From: Marsupella aquatica
Lineage: Eukaryota > Plantae > Marchantiophyta
DNA length: 64,000 nt
NCBI GenBank assembly: GCA_973895155.1
Contig: OZ316894.1
Span: forward strand, 14,872,699 to 14,936,698
Direction of reading: 5' to 3'
Part shown: positions 24,176 through 35,856 of the stretch, in pieces
How the letters are laid out: every line of letters starts with the position of its first letter
Position numbering within the stretch: the stretch's first letter is position 1
Made by a program: the position numbers and the translations under genes
Notes under the pieces: generated by a model
The model's input: only the letters and a program-made list of their open reading frames with translations
Told to the model about the DNA's origin: nothing
The model's database searches: none

Positions 24176-25644
24176 GCCAAATTAAGTAGTAGTTGTTTAA
24201 CTAGAGTTAAAAATGATGTAACTACAGTTAGAAGTAACCATGGTTAGCAATAAATTAGGGTTAGGAGAACAAAGAGATGAATAGTAAGTGGTAGGGGGCC
24301 GAGATGATTTAGTATGGGTTGCCTAACCGAGTTAGGAAAAGACAAGTTAGGTTAGAATTTATTAGGTTAACAATAGTAGTTTAAATAAAAGTGACCGTAA
24401 ATAAAAAAGACAATCGACTTAGCAGAATTAGATAAAAGTTTCAGAATAGAGTTAGAGCTAGGAATTTAGCAAGTAGTTAGTTTTAGGTTCAAGGAGCTCA
24501 CTAGAAAAAACTCAAGTAAAACGGAGGTCCGGGCACACTGCTGGAGATTTATGAAATCGGGATCCCATTATAAGTATACTCAAATGGGATACCATAGGAG
24601 TAATGGAATACAATGAAAGAATGCTATGAGGGTTAGTGAGAAAGGCCAGGTGTCACCACCTAAGCCCTTTCCTTGAACTTTGTTTTCTTTTATTACTATA
24701 ACCACGAAAGACCCCGTGGCAGGGGGATATAGCCCACAACACCAAAAAAACCAGAAACAGCCACGCCCAATATGAAGGACAACCAGTGACGCAGATTGTG
24801 TTTGCCCCAAATCAATAGTAGGGGCCAGCAGCAAGCCAAGCATATCATGCACTCCCAGAATTCAGGGGCCAATATCTATCAAGGCAAGCTAACCAGCTAT
24901 ACACAGCTCTCCTGTACCCGAGCCCTCCAAGGGCCAATACATAGCAAGGCAAACTAACCAGCTATGCACTACACACAAATGCCCGAGCCATCGATCAGCC
25001 AAAAACCAAGGCGACAATATACTTTGTCCCTGAGATCCAAAAAGACCTCAGCCAGACGTGATCCAAACCTGACGACTACGCAACCACACCACTGTCTCCT
25101 GATTAATAAGCTCTTTAACACGCATCATTCTTGTGCGCCGCCTGCCCAGGGGCAAGCTCAAGCCCACCGCAGTAACATGATCGGCTGCCTCCGATAAACC
25201 ACCTAAGCCCTTTCATAAGGACAAGATTTCAAAAGAAAACTATGTAGCAGTGATGGGGAAACAACAAAATTCCAGCAGGATGGCAGCCAGGTGCAATTAA
25301 GCAGAATCAACTCCTTCCATAAAGGTGTGACGCCGCCGGTACGCGCGTTAGGTGGGTCTTAGGCCGCTATTATTAGCATAACGACAGTATTTAGGTAATC
25401 ATTAGGGGTAGGACATCATTAGGCAATAAGGGGGACTTCAGGTTTGGGCTGACGGCGGGTCGCTATTCGCACACCCGGGTTACGAGCGTGGAAGGGCCCC
25501 TCCCTCGGGTCCGTATAACGAACTTAAGGAAGCGGCCACTGACGCACGCTGACTCAGACCGGCGGAGTGGCCGGTACACCACAAGCGTGAGCGGTTCAGC
25601 CTATGGGCGTCGAGGAGACGTCGGGGATCGACAAGCCCTCAAAG

Positions 25645-25652
25645 TATAAAAG
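25645..25652 (+). promoter_or_regulatory. Candidate TATA box of element A
   Basis: TATAAAAG followed by a pyrimidine-rich leader, ~108 bp before ATG 25753. Confidence 0.55.
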
Positions 25653-25752
25653 GGGAGCCAACCCTTTGTAGTGCACCAGTCCATCAGTCCGCGCGCCAGC
25701 TTTGACCCCAGCTCTCTCGTTCTCTCTAGGTCGCCACTACTATCTCCTCTGA

Positions 25753-28349
25753 ATGTCGCACACGATCCTCTCCAGCTCGGCCATTCGATTATGGACGCAG
25801 TTCCTATCTACCGGAAGGCACTTGGCCGATTCATTGAAACACGCCAACCCGCGCCGATACGAAATCGAACGCGAATACGAGAGAGCCATCCGCCTAGCAG
25901 GACGACACCACTACGTCCTTAACTTTGACTACCCGTCTCAGAGCGAGCTTTACCGACCAGCAGAGGTATCTGGGTACTTCTTCAACGGAGACAAATATAT
26001 CGGATTCTGGGAAGCATTGCTTCGGCTTCCGGACGGGTCTTCAATATCCTGGGTACAATCGACCTGCAGCGACATCACTTCGACCACATCCCTGCCCGGG
26101 TTCGGGCTGTCATTAACGGCGAGTCCAGTACCAACCGTTTGACAAGGGCGTCCGCACTCGCTTCGGAGAACTTCTACCAGCACCTGCAGAGCTTCATGGG
26201 AACTCGGCCATCAACCAACATGACCAACTCAGCCGTACCCGTACCCGTACCCGTGCCCATGCAACCCCAGCCTCAACCTCAGGCTCAGCTTCAGCTTCAG
26301 CCTCAGCCGCAGCCTAGCCAAACCCCACCACCTATCACCCAGCCAGCACAGGTACGCTCCGTCATCAACGCTGTGGATCTTAGCGATGACGACGAGGCTA
26401 CCCCACCCTTGACCAGGCGGCCCAGAGGAACAAGCGCTCGGGGGGCCGACACTATATCGTCCCCACCCCCTGCTCTGACCCCAGGAGCGGCCCCAACAGA
26501 CAACATGGTGACCGTGGCCGCCCCGGGCCCGTTACCAACGGCAGTGGCACTCCCCAGGCCCGATCGGGAGGATGGGGAAGTATCACCTTCCCCGAGTCAG
26601 TCACGGGGAAAGAAGAGGAAGGAATCTGCCACTGCATCCGGGTTACCGTTGGCCACGGTAGCCGTAACCAAGGTGACGATGCACCGCATGGGGGAAAACG
26701 TTCACAGCAACATCCTCCATCCCAAGCATGCAGTGTACCTGAAGACTCAGGGATTTGAGCACCTCACCTCTCTCCCCTGGAACACTTGCAGGTACTACGG
26801 GGAGGACATGACAGAATTCGTCAAGAATTATGATGACATACGTCAACAGACTCGGCTGCGGGGAAGGAATATGTCCCTCATAGAAGAACGGCTCAAGATG
26901 ATCTTCGGGTTACCCGAAGGTGACCATCGAGTCGAATCACGGGCTCCCGGGGGCAAGGGGGCCAAATACCAATCTTCAAGTTTTCCCTCAGAGGGAGCAG
27001 TAGACAACGGGTTCGTGATGAGGACCTGCCTCATGCCCGAGATAGCTGAGCGGCTGGAGTTCCAAAGGTACACTCTCCACATGATGGAACCCCGGGGGGA
27101 GATCTCCGCCGCCCAGGTTATCCAGGTCGAGAACTATCGACCTAGGAAATGGGCGTCGTACTTCGCTAAGAAATTCCATGAAGAGATGGAGCGGCGAAGG
27201 AAGACGCTGTACATTGGCGGGAAGGCTTATTTTGCTAGCCACATCAAAATCATTCTTGAATGGTACGCCCGGTTTGATCGACGAACCCTTCCCCGCATCA
27301 ACGTTACAAAGCTGGTCCCAGCTAGGTGGGTTTTTCCGGCATTGGAGAGACGGCCCCAACCCGAGGCCCGAAGTCCAGCGGACACGCCAGCTTCACCCAC
27401 CCCACCTCCACAAATAGCTGTAATCGTAACCGAGGAGGTGCCGGAGAGGTCGGTTGTCGCAACCGTTGATGCGACCCAACTAGCCGGGCTAAGTACAGAA
27501 GTTGGTACGGCAGAGGTCTTACCCAAACCCGGGTCTCCCAAGGACCCACCGGTGGCAATTCCAGAGAACCGGACATTGCTGCAGGAGGACACTCCAGCCC
27601 CTTCCAACGTTATGTCCCCAGGGCTGGCCGTCACTGCCCCGGCCCCCGCGCGTGTTGACGTCTGCCCGTGCCCAAATCCGGACAGGCACAACTTGGACCA
27701 CCCGAAACTCTTTGTACAGGGTACATTTCTTAACGGGCTTTTGGGAGATTTCTCTCATCAAATTGCCCGGGATACCGGGGAGTTCATGGCCCGGAAGGTA
27801 GCCTGTTTCTTCAATCAGGAGTTGGTTGCCGCCGTAAAGGCAGGTCGGGCCTAGTCGGAGGCCCTTCAGAGGATAGAGCGGTACCGGGTGGAGTCCGTGT
27901 ACCTAAAGAACGAAGTGGCGGCTCAAGAGGCTGAGCTTCTGCAACTACGACCCAAGGTTGCAGCCGCCGATGAGTTGTTAGCAAAGGCGCACGCTCTTAC
28001 CGCCCTAGCCAAACAGGCCAAAGCTGGGAACGAGGCCGAGATTACACGACTCCGGAACCAGATTGACAGTTTGAAGAAACAAGCTGTCACCTGGCAGAAA
28101 GACCTGGAGGAGGCCGAGGAGCGAGCCCAGCGGGACACGGTGGAGATAGCCACGCTGCAGGCCGAGAAGGCGCGGCTCCAAACCGAGGCCGAGAAGCAGG
28201 ACCAGCTGGCGGCTAAACTGACGAGCGACACCCAGCAGCTGGAGGAGGCATGTCAGGAGGCAGTAGAGGAGACGGACGCGGCGAGGCGAGAGAACGAATC
28301 TCTGCTGGACCAGGTCCAGCTCCTCAAAGCGGACAATGACAGGCTTTGA
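25753..28349 (+). pseudogene. ~860-codon retroelement accessory protein (P/Q-rich linker, conserved central domain, C-terminal coiled coil); one frameshift and one in-frame TAG (27852)
   Basis: ORFs 25753-26142, 26139-27854 and 27888-28349 (last two in the same frame). Central domain resembles the gypsy extra ORF at 46891-47595. Confidence 0.75.
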
Positions 28350-30818
28350 AGGCAGCGGGATGGCCGTTCCCATTCGGGCGGCTCTGGCAAGCGTGTCAGG
28401 CATTAGCGGCGGAGTAGGAATAGATTAGGATTAGGATTAGGATTGGCTTAGTCAGGCTCTTGGGACAGGCACCTGCCTTAGGGACAGCAGCGCTGCCCTG
28501 CTGTCCAGCCTGCGTAGATTAGGATCTTCTAATAAGACACAGCCGTTTTCCGGCCTGACTGTCAGCTTAGTTAGGACCTTAGTCAGCGAATCTTTGGCGA
28601 GAGGACACCCCGTCCCTCGGCTCTTAGTATTTAGTGCACCCCTCGGTAGAGGCAGGGGGGGTTTTAGTTTCAGAGTCGGACATCCGCGGGATATGTGGGG
28701 AGTCCCGACCTCTGGGAATGACAGAGTACCAAGGGGAGGGGGTAGGACTAAGCTCGTCGGGCGAGTGCGGAGCCGGGCTCCATTGTAGTGTGCACCCTCG
28801 GCCTTGAACCTGTTCATTCCAGGGCTGTCGGGTCAACTAAGTGTACGCATATGTTCCCTTTGTAGTAAAATCCTTTCCCATCATTTTCCTTCGTGTAAAT
28901 CGAGATTGTATGCATGTGTGCGCATATGTGTGTGGGTTTCTCGTATATGGGTGGCAGCGCCAGGCCGAACGCACTACCCGAGACGTGCATAGGGTGCAGC
29001 CTGCGGGTAAGTGGTTGCGAGCACGGGTTGAGGACCTGTATCATCGAATCCGGATCGAAGGCGGACAGCACGAAGGCTTAGAAGCCCTTAAGCCGGGGTC
29101 GATCCTGCTATCGACTAAGGTACGTTTCGGCGGCGGAACACAAACCATACCTAGGAGGTGTCCGTATTTGGCAGTATGCGCACTTAGCGCTAGTTTACGA
29201 GAATAAGGTGCATTACGTGCTTCCCTTCCTGCCCGAACCCTCAGATTTACGAGGGATGTGCCCGTCTAAGCTGAAGTCTGAGTTAAGGCCGAAGCCTACG
29301 ACGTGACAAAAGGCAATTAGAGTTGACTCATGAAATCCGGAGAGCACACACAAGGAGCTTGATTTCAGGCAAGGAGATAAGGAGATGGCCAGGTGAGGAG
29401 TGGGTGGATGGAGATTCAATGTTGCCATTCAATTGAGCCTCGTTGCTGCAGTGCTGCCATTTGCAATTGAATTGAATGGCTGATTACTCTACCAAAGAGC
29501 TTTTGCTGTTGGGATTAGTGACAAGCTTCAAAGTGCTGGAGATGAGCGTAGTACTGAGCATGTATTGAATAGAGCTTGCTGCTAACTAGGTGTTGCGTTG
29601 ACAAAAGAAGAGCTTGATCTTGCTACTCGATGCTGAGAGCTTGGTGCCACTCAGGAGCTCGCTACTACCAAGTGCTGCTACGATGTTACCGAAGAGGCTC
29701 AATGTTCAATTTAAGTTTGAAGCGCCAAAGGAGTTCGTGTTTAATTGAGTTTGTTGCTATGAGTTGGCTGATCAAAGCTGAGAGCTTGGAGTTTTACTGC
29801 TGTGGTAGTAAGCAGCTTTGGACTGTTGAAGATGAGCTCTGTGCTGTTGATTGTGTATTCAATGGAGCTTGCTGTTGAGTGATGTTCACTAAGTAGTTGT
29901 TCACTAGGGGAGGCGCTGCTGGCTATGGGGATTGTTGAGGGGCTGAAATCCTGGCTATGGAGTTTGCTGCTATGGGGAGGGAGTTCCTCGTCGCTTCAAT
30001 CGTGCTCCTGGATGTGGAGCTTGCAACTATGAAGCAGCTTGCGACCGCTTACTGAAGCTCAGGAAGGAAAAGATAAAAACACAAGTAGGGCTTAGGAAAA
30101 ACTTACCTGGTGAGTTTGGTGGCGGCGAGTTTTGAACCCGAGACCTGTTGGTTGCTAGGGATTTCAGTTGGGATACCAATAGAGCTTTTTGAGCTGTTCA
30201 TTTGAATAGCTCACAGCAACTCTAATTAAACTAAAACAACATCCTGCAATTGGGTTTGAGGGACTTTTGGGAGCCGGTTCGAGGCCAGTAGGGGACCAGG
30301 GAGACCAGAGGAGGGCCCAGCAGGGGTTCCTCGACTTCATGAAGGCCCGAGAGACAGTTTTTTATCCCAATAGGATATGCTAAGGAGTTTTCATGAAGGC
30401 TGGAAAACCACTATATATTTGTATGACTATTATGAAGCCCAACACTTGATGGGTGCTGGTATACGATGAGTTGTTGCTAGATAGCTCGGCCTTGCACTTG
30501 CACAGTAGCCATAGAATAACTACTAATGCCAACATTCTAGTTGGAACCAACTCAAGCGGTAGTTGTCCTAGTTGGGTAAGTTTACAACTGTGTAAAAGCT
30601 GACCTGTATTTCTGTGGTAACCCGAGCCTCAACGGTAAAACCCAAGACTCAGTGGTAACCCGGAACTCAGTGATGTATTAATCCTCAGGTGTAGACCGAG
30701 CTTGAAGTTGTTACTATGAGAAATATTGTGTTCCAGTCAATTTACAACTCGGTTAGTTGTAAGAGTTACCAAGGGGGTACCCTAGTTTCTCGTCTCACTG
30801 AGAGGTGGCCGTTGTTCA

Positions 30819-31018
30819 TCCGATAGCACTTAAAACGTCTTTCTTACTATTCCTTGTTCAAAAAGCAAAAAAATGACAAGTTTCTTACATAAACCTATAT
30901 CGAGCCATTCCACAACAAGACCTGAACAACGGCTCGATATAGGTTTATGTAAGAAACTTGTCATTTTTTTGCTTTTTGAACAAGGAATAGTAAGAAAGAC
31001 ATTTTAAGTGCTATCGGA
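30819..31018. repeat. Near-perfect inverted repeat: 88-bp arms (1 mismatch), 24-nt loop
   Basis: 30819-30906 is the reverse complement of 30931-31018. Confidence 0.95.
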
Positions 31019-33315
31019 GTAACTAGGTTTTAGGAACTTAAGTAGGTAGAATAGGAAAGATAGTGGAATGGAAGGTTACTGAGTTGTAAGCAAGTGACAA
31101 GGGATAAGAAAGGTCTTTATGATGGGGCATACAACGTTCCGTCCTTATTTAGACTAGGCGACTATTCCGAGCCGGAGAAACAACCCCACACTTGAAGTCT
31201 TAGTTTTGGTTCAGATTTTTTCCATAGATGCTAGGAGGTCCCTAGAGCACCCCTAAAAAGTTAGATGTCAAGTGGGGTCTCAACCTAGGGTTTCCTTGTG
31301 TTTTGGTGCGACTTAAATTAACAAAATAGCGGGTCCCGGGAAAAATAGCTGATGAGTAAATTTAGGAGTTCCAAGTTTGGAAGTGGGTTAGATATGGTCC
31401 ACTCTATCCCTGGGAACTTGTGGTAGAATCTGGGTATCTTTGGTTACTTTTTGGGAGCATCTCAAAGGTGAAAAGAATTTTGGAAAATATAATAATTAAC
31501 CCACTTTACCTAATTTTAGAAAATCGGTGATAAGGTTTTGTCTAGATATTAGTAAACCAGGACATAGGCCTATGTCCATAGAATATGTGTATATACTAAG
31601 AAGTAATTTTGGACTCATGTGTGATTTTTGGGGGCGGTCCAAAATGGCCTGGAAATACTGTTTCCCAACAAAAAGTATCAACCGCGTCGGCGGCGACCAC
31701 GACTTAAGCACGAGGCCAGGGCGACTCAAGCACGAGGTCAAGAACACCATAAGGGTCAATACATGAGATGCTTGCTTCGAATTGGGATCAAGAGGCAGCT
31801 ACGAAATTGAATTGAGCTGCTATAGCTTCAGGCATGGGATGCTGATCAGAATTGGCTAGCTGCCTCGATGCTGCTGATTGGAATAGAGCTGCTTGCTATG
31901 GAGAAATAGGCTACTGCTGATCAAGAGATAGCTGGCTGGCTATGAGCTATGGTGGGCTATGAAATTGAAGGGCTGGCAGCTGATCAGACTTATTGCTGCA
32001 CCAGAATTAGAAGGGCTAGCTTCAAGCACGAGATGTTGAGTGTTGGCTGATTAGTAAGTATGCTGCAAGCTCAATAGTGTTGCTGCTCTGCTAGCTACGA
32101 AGTTGAGAAGGGTGAGCTATGGCCGGCTGCTGGAGAATAGAGCTAGGCTGCTAGCAAATTGATTGAATGTAGTAGCAAACGGACCAGCTGCAAGGAAGGA
32201 ATTAAGAGGGCTAGCTGCGAATTGGTGGGCTATGGCTGCTGCAAAATTCTGCTGCAATTTTGAATCACTTGCAAGGCTGGATGGTTATGGAGGTGGACTG
32301 AGAAGGGTGCTGCAAACCTGGTTGAGCTGGCTCGCCCGGGCTGAACCCAAGGGACAAGACACTCGCCCGGCACTTGGGCTTCAGCACTTAGCTCCCTCCC
32401 TTGACCTGCTGCCATTCGAATCTAACAGAGAATGATGCACTTTCAGATTGAATTCAAGAGAGAGGAAAATGGCTGCAAAAATTGATGTCCTTATCAAATT
32501 CTTCATAAGAAACGTGAGTATAATGAGAGTACTCTCCCCTGGTGACACCTGGAATCTCCATAAGGGGCGTGTAAGGTAAGTGTAATCGGGTCGCCGCTTA
32601 CACCCACTTTACACCAAAAACAGGCCTTGGGAGAATGGGCATAACTTTGGCTAGGGGTATCCGTTGGGGCCCAAATTTTTTTGTGCTGAGTTAGGGGAAG
32701 GTAAGGCGCCCCTTGGTGAAGGTGGAAACCCAGAAAAAGAATCACTCAAACATATTTTTAGCCGAGGCCATGAGGGGGTCCCGATAGCTTGCAAACCAAA
32801 GTTGGCATAGGGGAATGACTACCAAATTTAGGGGCTGACCTTTCTTGCATCCATACTACTTTAGTTAGGCTATAGGGAAGGGTACTTACCTTTTTTCAAA
32901 GGTGTAAGGCCATCATGTTAAGAAAAGTAAGTATAGGGGGTAGTTTACTTAGGATAGTAAAGGGGTTACAAGTAAAATAGGGGCATCTTTGACTAGGCAC
33001 AACTTGAGACTCATTCACTCTTTTTTCGAGCTTTCAAGTGGTCCCAAGCTGGTGAGGAGGACCATAAGTGGGAGCAGGTTTAGAGGTCAAAGCATGCAAG
33101 TCATGTGTGGCATATTCCAGGGCTTGGAAGGAGTCCAAACAATATGTTGTAGGGTGGGCTACCAACTATAGAGTTGGACTTTGTGTGTTAGGAGGACTTG
33201 GGGGATGAGTAGTTGGACCCCAAGTCAAGCTTGGTGTGGTGTGGAAGGATAATAGTATATAAGGAGTAAGTTTTCATTTGTTAGGGACCGGGAGTCTCAT
33301 CTCTTAAGTGGAATC

Positions 33316-34638
33316 TGTGGTATGGGTGTCCCTGCAATTTTTTCTGGAAACTTGTTTATTTTTAGCATATCTCAAGATTTACTTACACTTTAGACGCCTC
33401 CGGCCAACATTTACTTGTTCTGGACACTTATAGAAATATTTGACATCTCCGGCTTTCCTGACGATTCCTAGTGTACTTTGCCCGACGCTGTGACTAGCGT
33501 CCGTTTCTTTTACTCATGACGCTTTTGAGCAGCGCCCGACCGCCACCAAGACTCTATGAGGATTTCACACGACGCTGTGAGCAGCGTCCACCCTAGTATT
33601 GATGCTGTGAGCAGCGTCCGTTGATTTTACTTAAGACGCTTTCAGCAGCGTCCGCTTCTACTCACAACGCTTCTAGCAGCGTCCGCTCGTCAATTAGACT
33701 TAGTTTTTGAAGTAGATTACTAGTAGAGTAGTATTTTGCCACCCTGGAAGTACTCATGCTGTACTTCTCCCTTGTTTAGTTTTAAGCTTGGAAAGGCACG
33801 ACTGTTCTTGCCTCCATTTTTGGATTCCAGCACTTATAAGACAGAGTAGAGTGCTCATTTGAAGTAGAGAGAAATAGACTTAATACTGTATTCAGAATTG
33901 AGTCTTCTGAATAGTTTCCTCCTCCTTCCATTGTAACAAGGCATGCTGTGAGTGTTTTGTATGGAAGTAAAGCTGTATTGATTGAAGTTGAGATTGAATT
34001 TCAAGAGATTCCTGTGGTGATTGAATTCAGTTACAGATTTCTGAAACTCGTATTGAATTCACTACTAGGCTTGCTTGCAGAGTCAGGATTCGCTAGCCAA
34101 TTCAAGAATAGTTAATGATAAATGAGAAGTAAATTCTGATTCTCAGAGTAGTCAGTACCGTTGTTTTGATTCTGGAATATGGTTTAGAGTTTGACTGAAT
34201 TGCGCATCGCTAACATCAAACCATGTTGACAACATTTTAAATCATATCATTCATTTGCAACCAGAAAGCTTCTAGTTCATCAGATTGAGAATTCCATTAT
34301 CATTAACCTTTGTGTTTTGAAGCGTGAGATTGATGAATTATGAGACAGATTTCATGTCTACACTGAGCCCAAATCCTTTCTGAAGGAGTGGCAGTAGTAG
34401 CTTGTAGTCTCTAAATCCTTACTCATTTCTTCTTTGATTCATAAATCAGGAGTTCAGTTACTTGGTTGTTTGTTTATTTGATTTTTCGTTGAAAAGTGAA
34501 GTCAGCATAGAGCTCAGGGCTCTAAATCACTCAGAGTGATAAAAGTTATACAATTCATTCTGAAATATGTTCTTAAAGGGATCGAAACCCTGGTTTTAGG
34601 TGAGAAGAGTCACTTTTGATACTTAGCACTATACGACA
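33316..34638 (+). repeat. 5' LTR (1323 bp)
   Basis: TGTGGTATGG...CTATACGACA. Roughly 97% identical to the 3' LTR by manual count. Confidence 0.97.
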
Positions 34639-34644
34639 TCTTTT

Positions 34645-34662
34645 TGGCGCCGCTGCCGGGGA
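34645..34662 (+). other. Primer binding site complementary to the tRNA-Asp 3' end
   Basis: TGGCGCCGCTGCCGGGGA, 6 nt after the LTR. One mismatch to the Athila-type TGGCGCCGTTGCCGGGGA. Confidence 0.88.
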
Positions 34663-35856
34663 ACGAATTTAAGATTGAATTGACGTACAGGCAGTGTATG
34701 CCAGAAGGAGCTAGACGGGAGAGGAATTCACGTTCTACTATAATTGTGAAGGTGTGTCATCACTGCAGTTAAAAAGATGAAGAGCTTCCATTTCGAGGTG
34801 ATGCCGTACTCTATCCAAAGCGCCCCGGAAGCTCTCTTAAGAGTATTGGAAAAATTTGTGGTGCCAAACTTAAGAGAAGAAACCCCTCTCCCACCAGAAA
34901 AGGCCTCATAGAGAGGAGCTGTTGCTCGGCAAGTTGCTTTGGAGACAGTCAAAGACACCAAAGACACTTTGAGTGACAAGTGAAGTTATCATAACTTTGC
35001 TCGGGACGTATGATTTGTAAAATTGTCCAACCACCCTGGTTCGTGTGACCGATGCCACCTATCTGATCTTTGGGAACATTAAGAATTAGGAATTTGAGGA
35101 ATCGTTATGTTAATTCTTGGGTTCTGAGCCTGAGAGGGAGGAATGGCATACATTGGTTAACTATCACCTGGTGGGAAGATGAAAGTTTGCATTTAGTAAT
35201 ATTAAGGCTGAATGGTAGGATCACACAGGAGAGATATTTAGTCATTTCCATTCGGGAGTTAGCGGAAGGAATCATGCACCAGGAATTGCGTAGAAGATTA
35301 GGAAGGAGATAGACGCCTGATTGGCCTAGTGTAGCGTACCATGTGGTAAAGAAATTTCAGGGTGTAGGAAGTCGGAGATTATGGGGAACGCCCGGTTCCA
35401 GTAATCGCCACCGTAAGGATGAGATAAGGAAGGACGCTGCAAAGAGCGTCCAATGCAATTCGTCCCAGAAGACTCCGCAAGTCAGGACGCTTCCAGTAAC
35501 GTTCGATCCCAGTGGACGCTATGAGCAACGTCCGTCGGAATCTATGACGAACCAACGTGCGCGATGCTTCTGGTGTGCCTTTCCGCGTCTCAACCCGAGG
35601 GACGCACCAGGGAAAACGAGGTTTTAGAATCTCGGCTGGTCACTGAAGGGAAGTATTAGCTATGGGAACGGGATAGCAAGGGGGAGGAATCATGCCAGGG
35701 ATGTTGAACGATGCTACGGGAAGTCACTTTGAGGAAACAGGTTCATATCTCCCGGAGTGGGGTGATAACGTCGCACCGAAATAATGACTCCTTACATAAA
35801 GACTCCTGAGGAGCGGGTCGGGTGTCTCAAAATCACCCGTGCTTGGAGAATGAGGG

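Larger units (their letters stand above)
25326..29308 (+). mobile_element. 3983-bp solo-LTR-like element A containing a gene
   Basis: Starts TGTGACG, ends CGTGACA. TSD AAAGG at 25321-25325 and 29309-29313. Sharp GC shift at both ends. No internal LTR pair, PBS or gag/pol seen. Confidence 0.85.

Noticed and set aside
27852-27854. In-frame TAG as a programmed readthrough
   Set aside because: Context TAG TCG is not a known leaky signal. A CAG-to-TAG transition is the simpler explanation.
28424-28444. (GATTAG)n microsatellite
   Set aside because: Only about 3.5 units, with no further structure.
23021-29308. A single element with ~1.1-kb terminal inverted repeats
   Set aside because: The two arms are substantially diverged and each belongs to a separate unit with its own TSD (CAAGA and AAAGG).
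33304-33315. TTAAGTGGA before the 5' LTR resembling the PPT (tandem element)
   Set aside because: The intact GAATC TSD shows this is target DNA. A 9-bp match may be chance.
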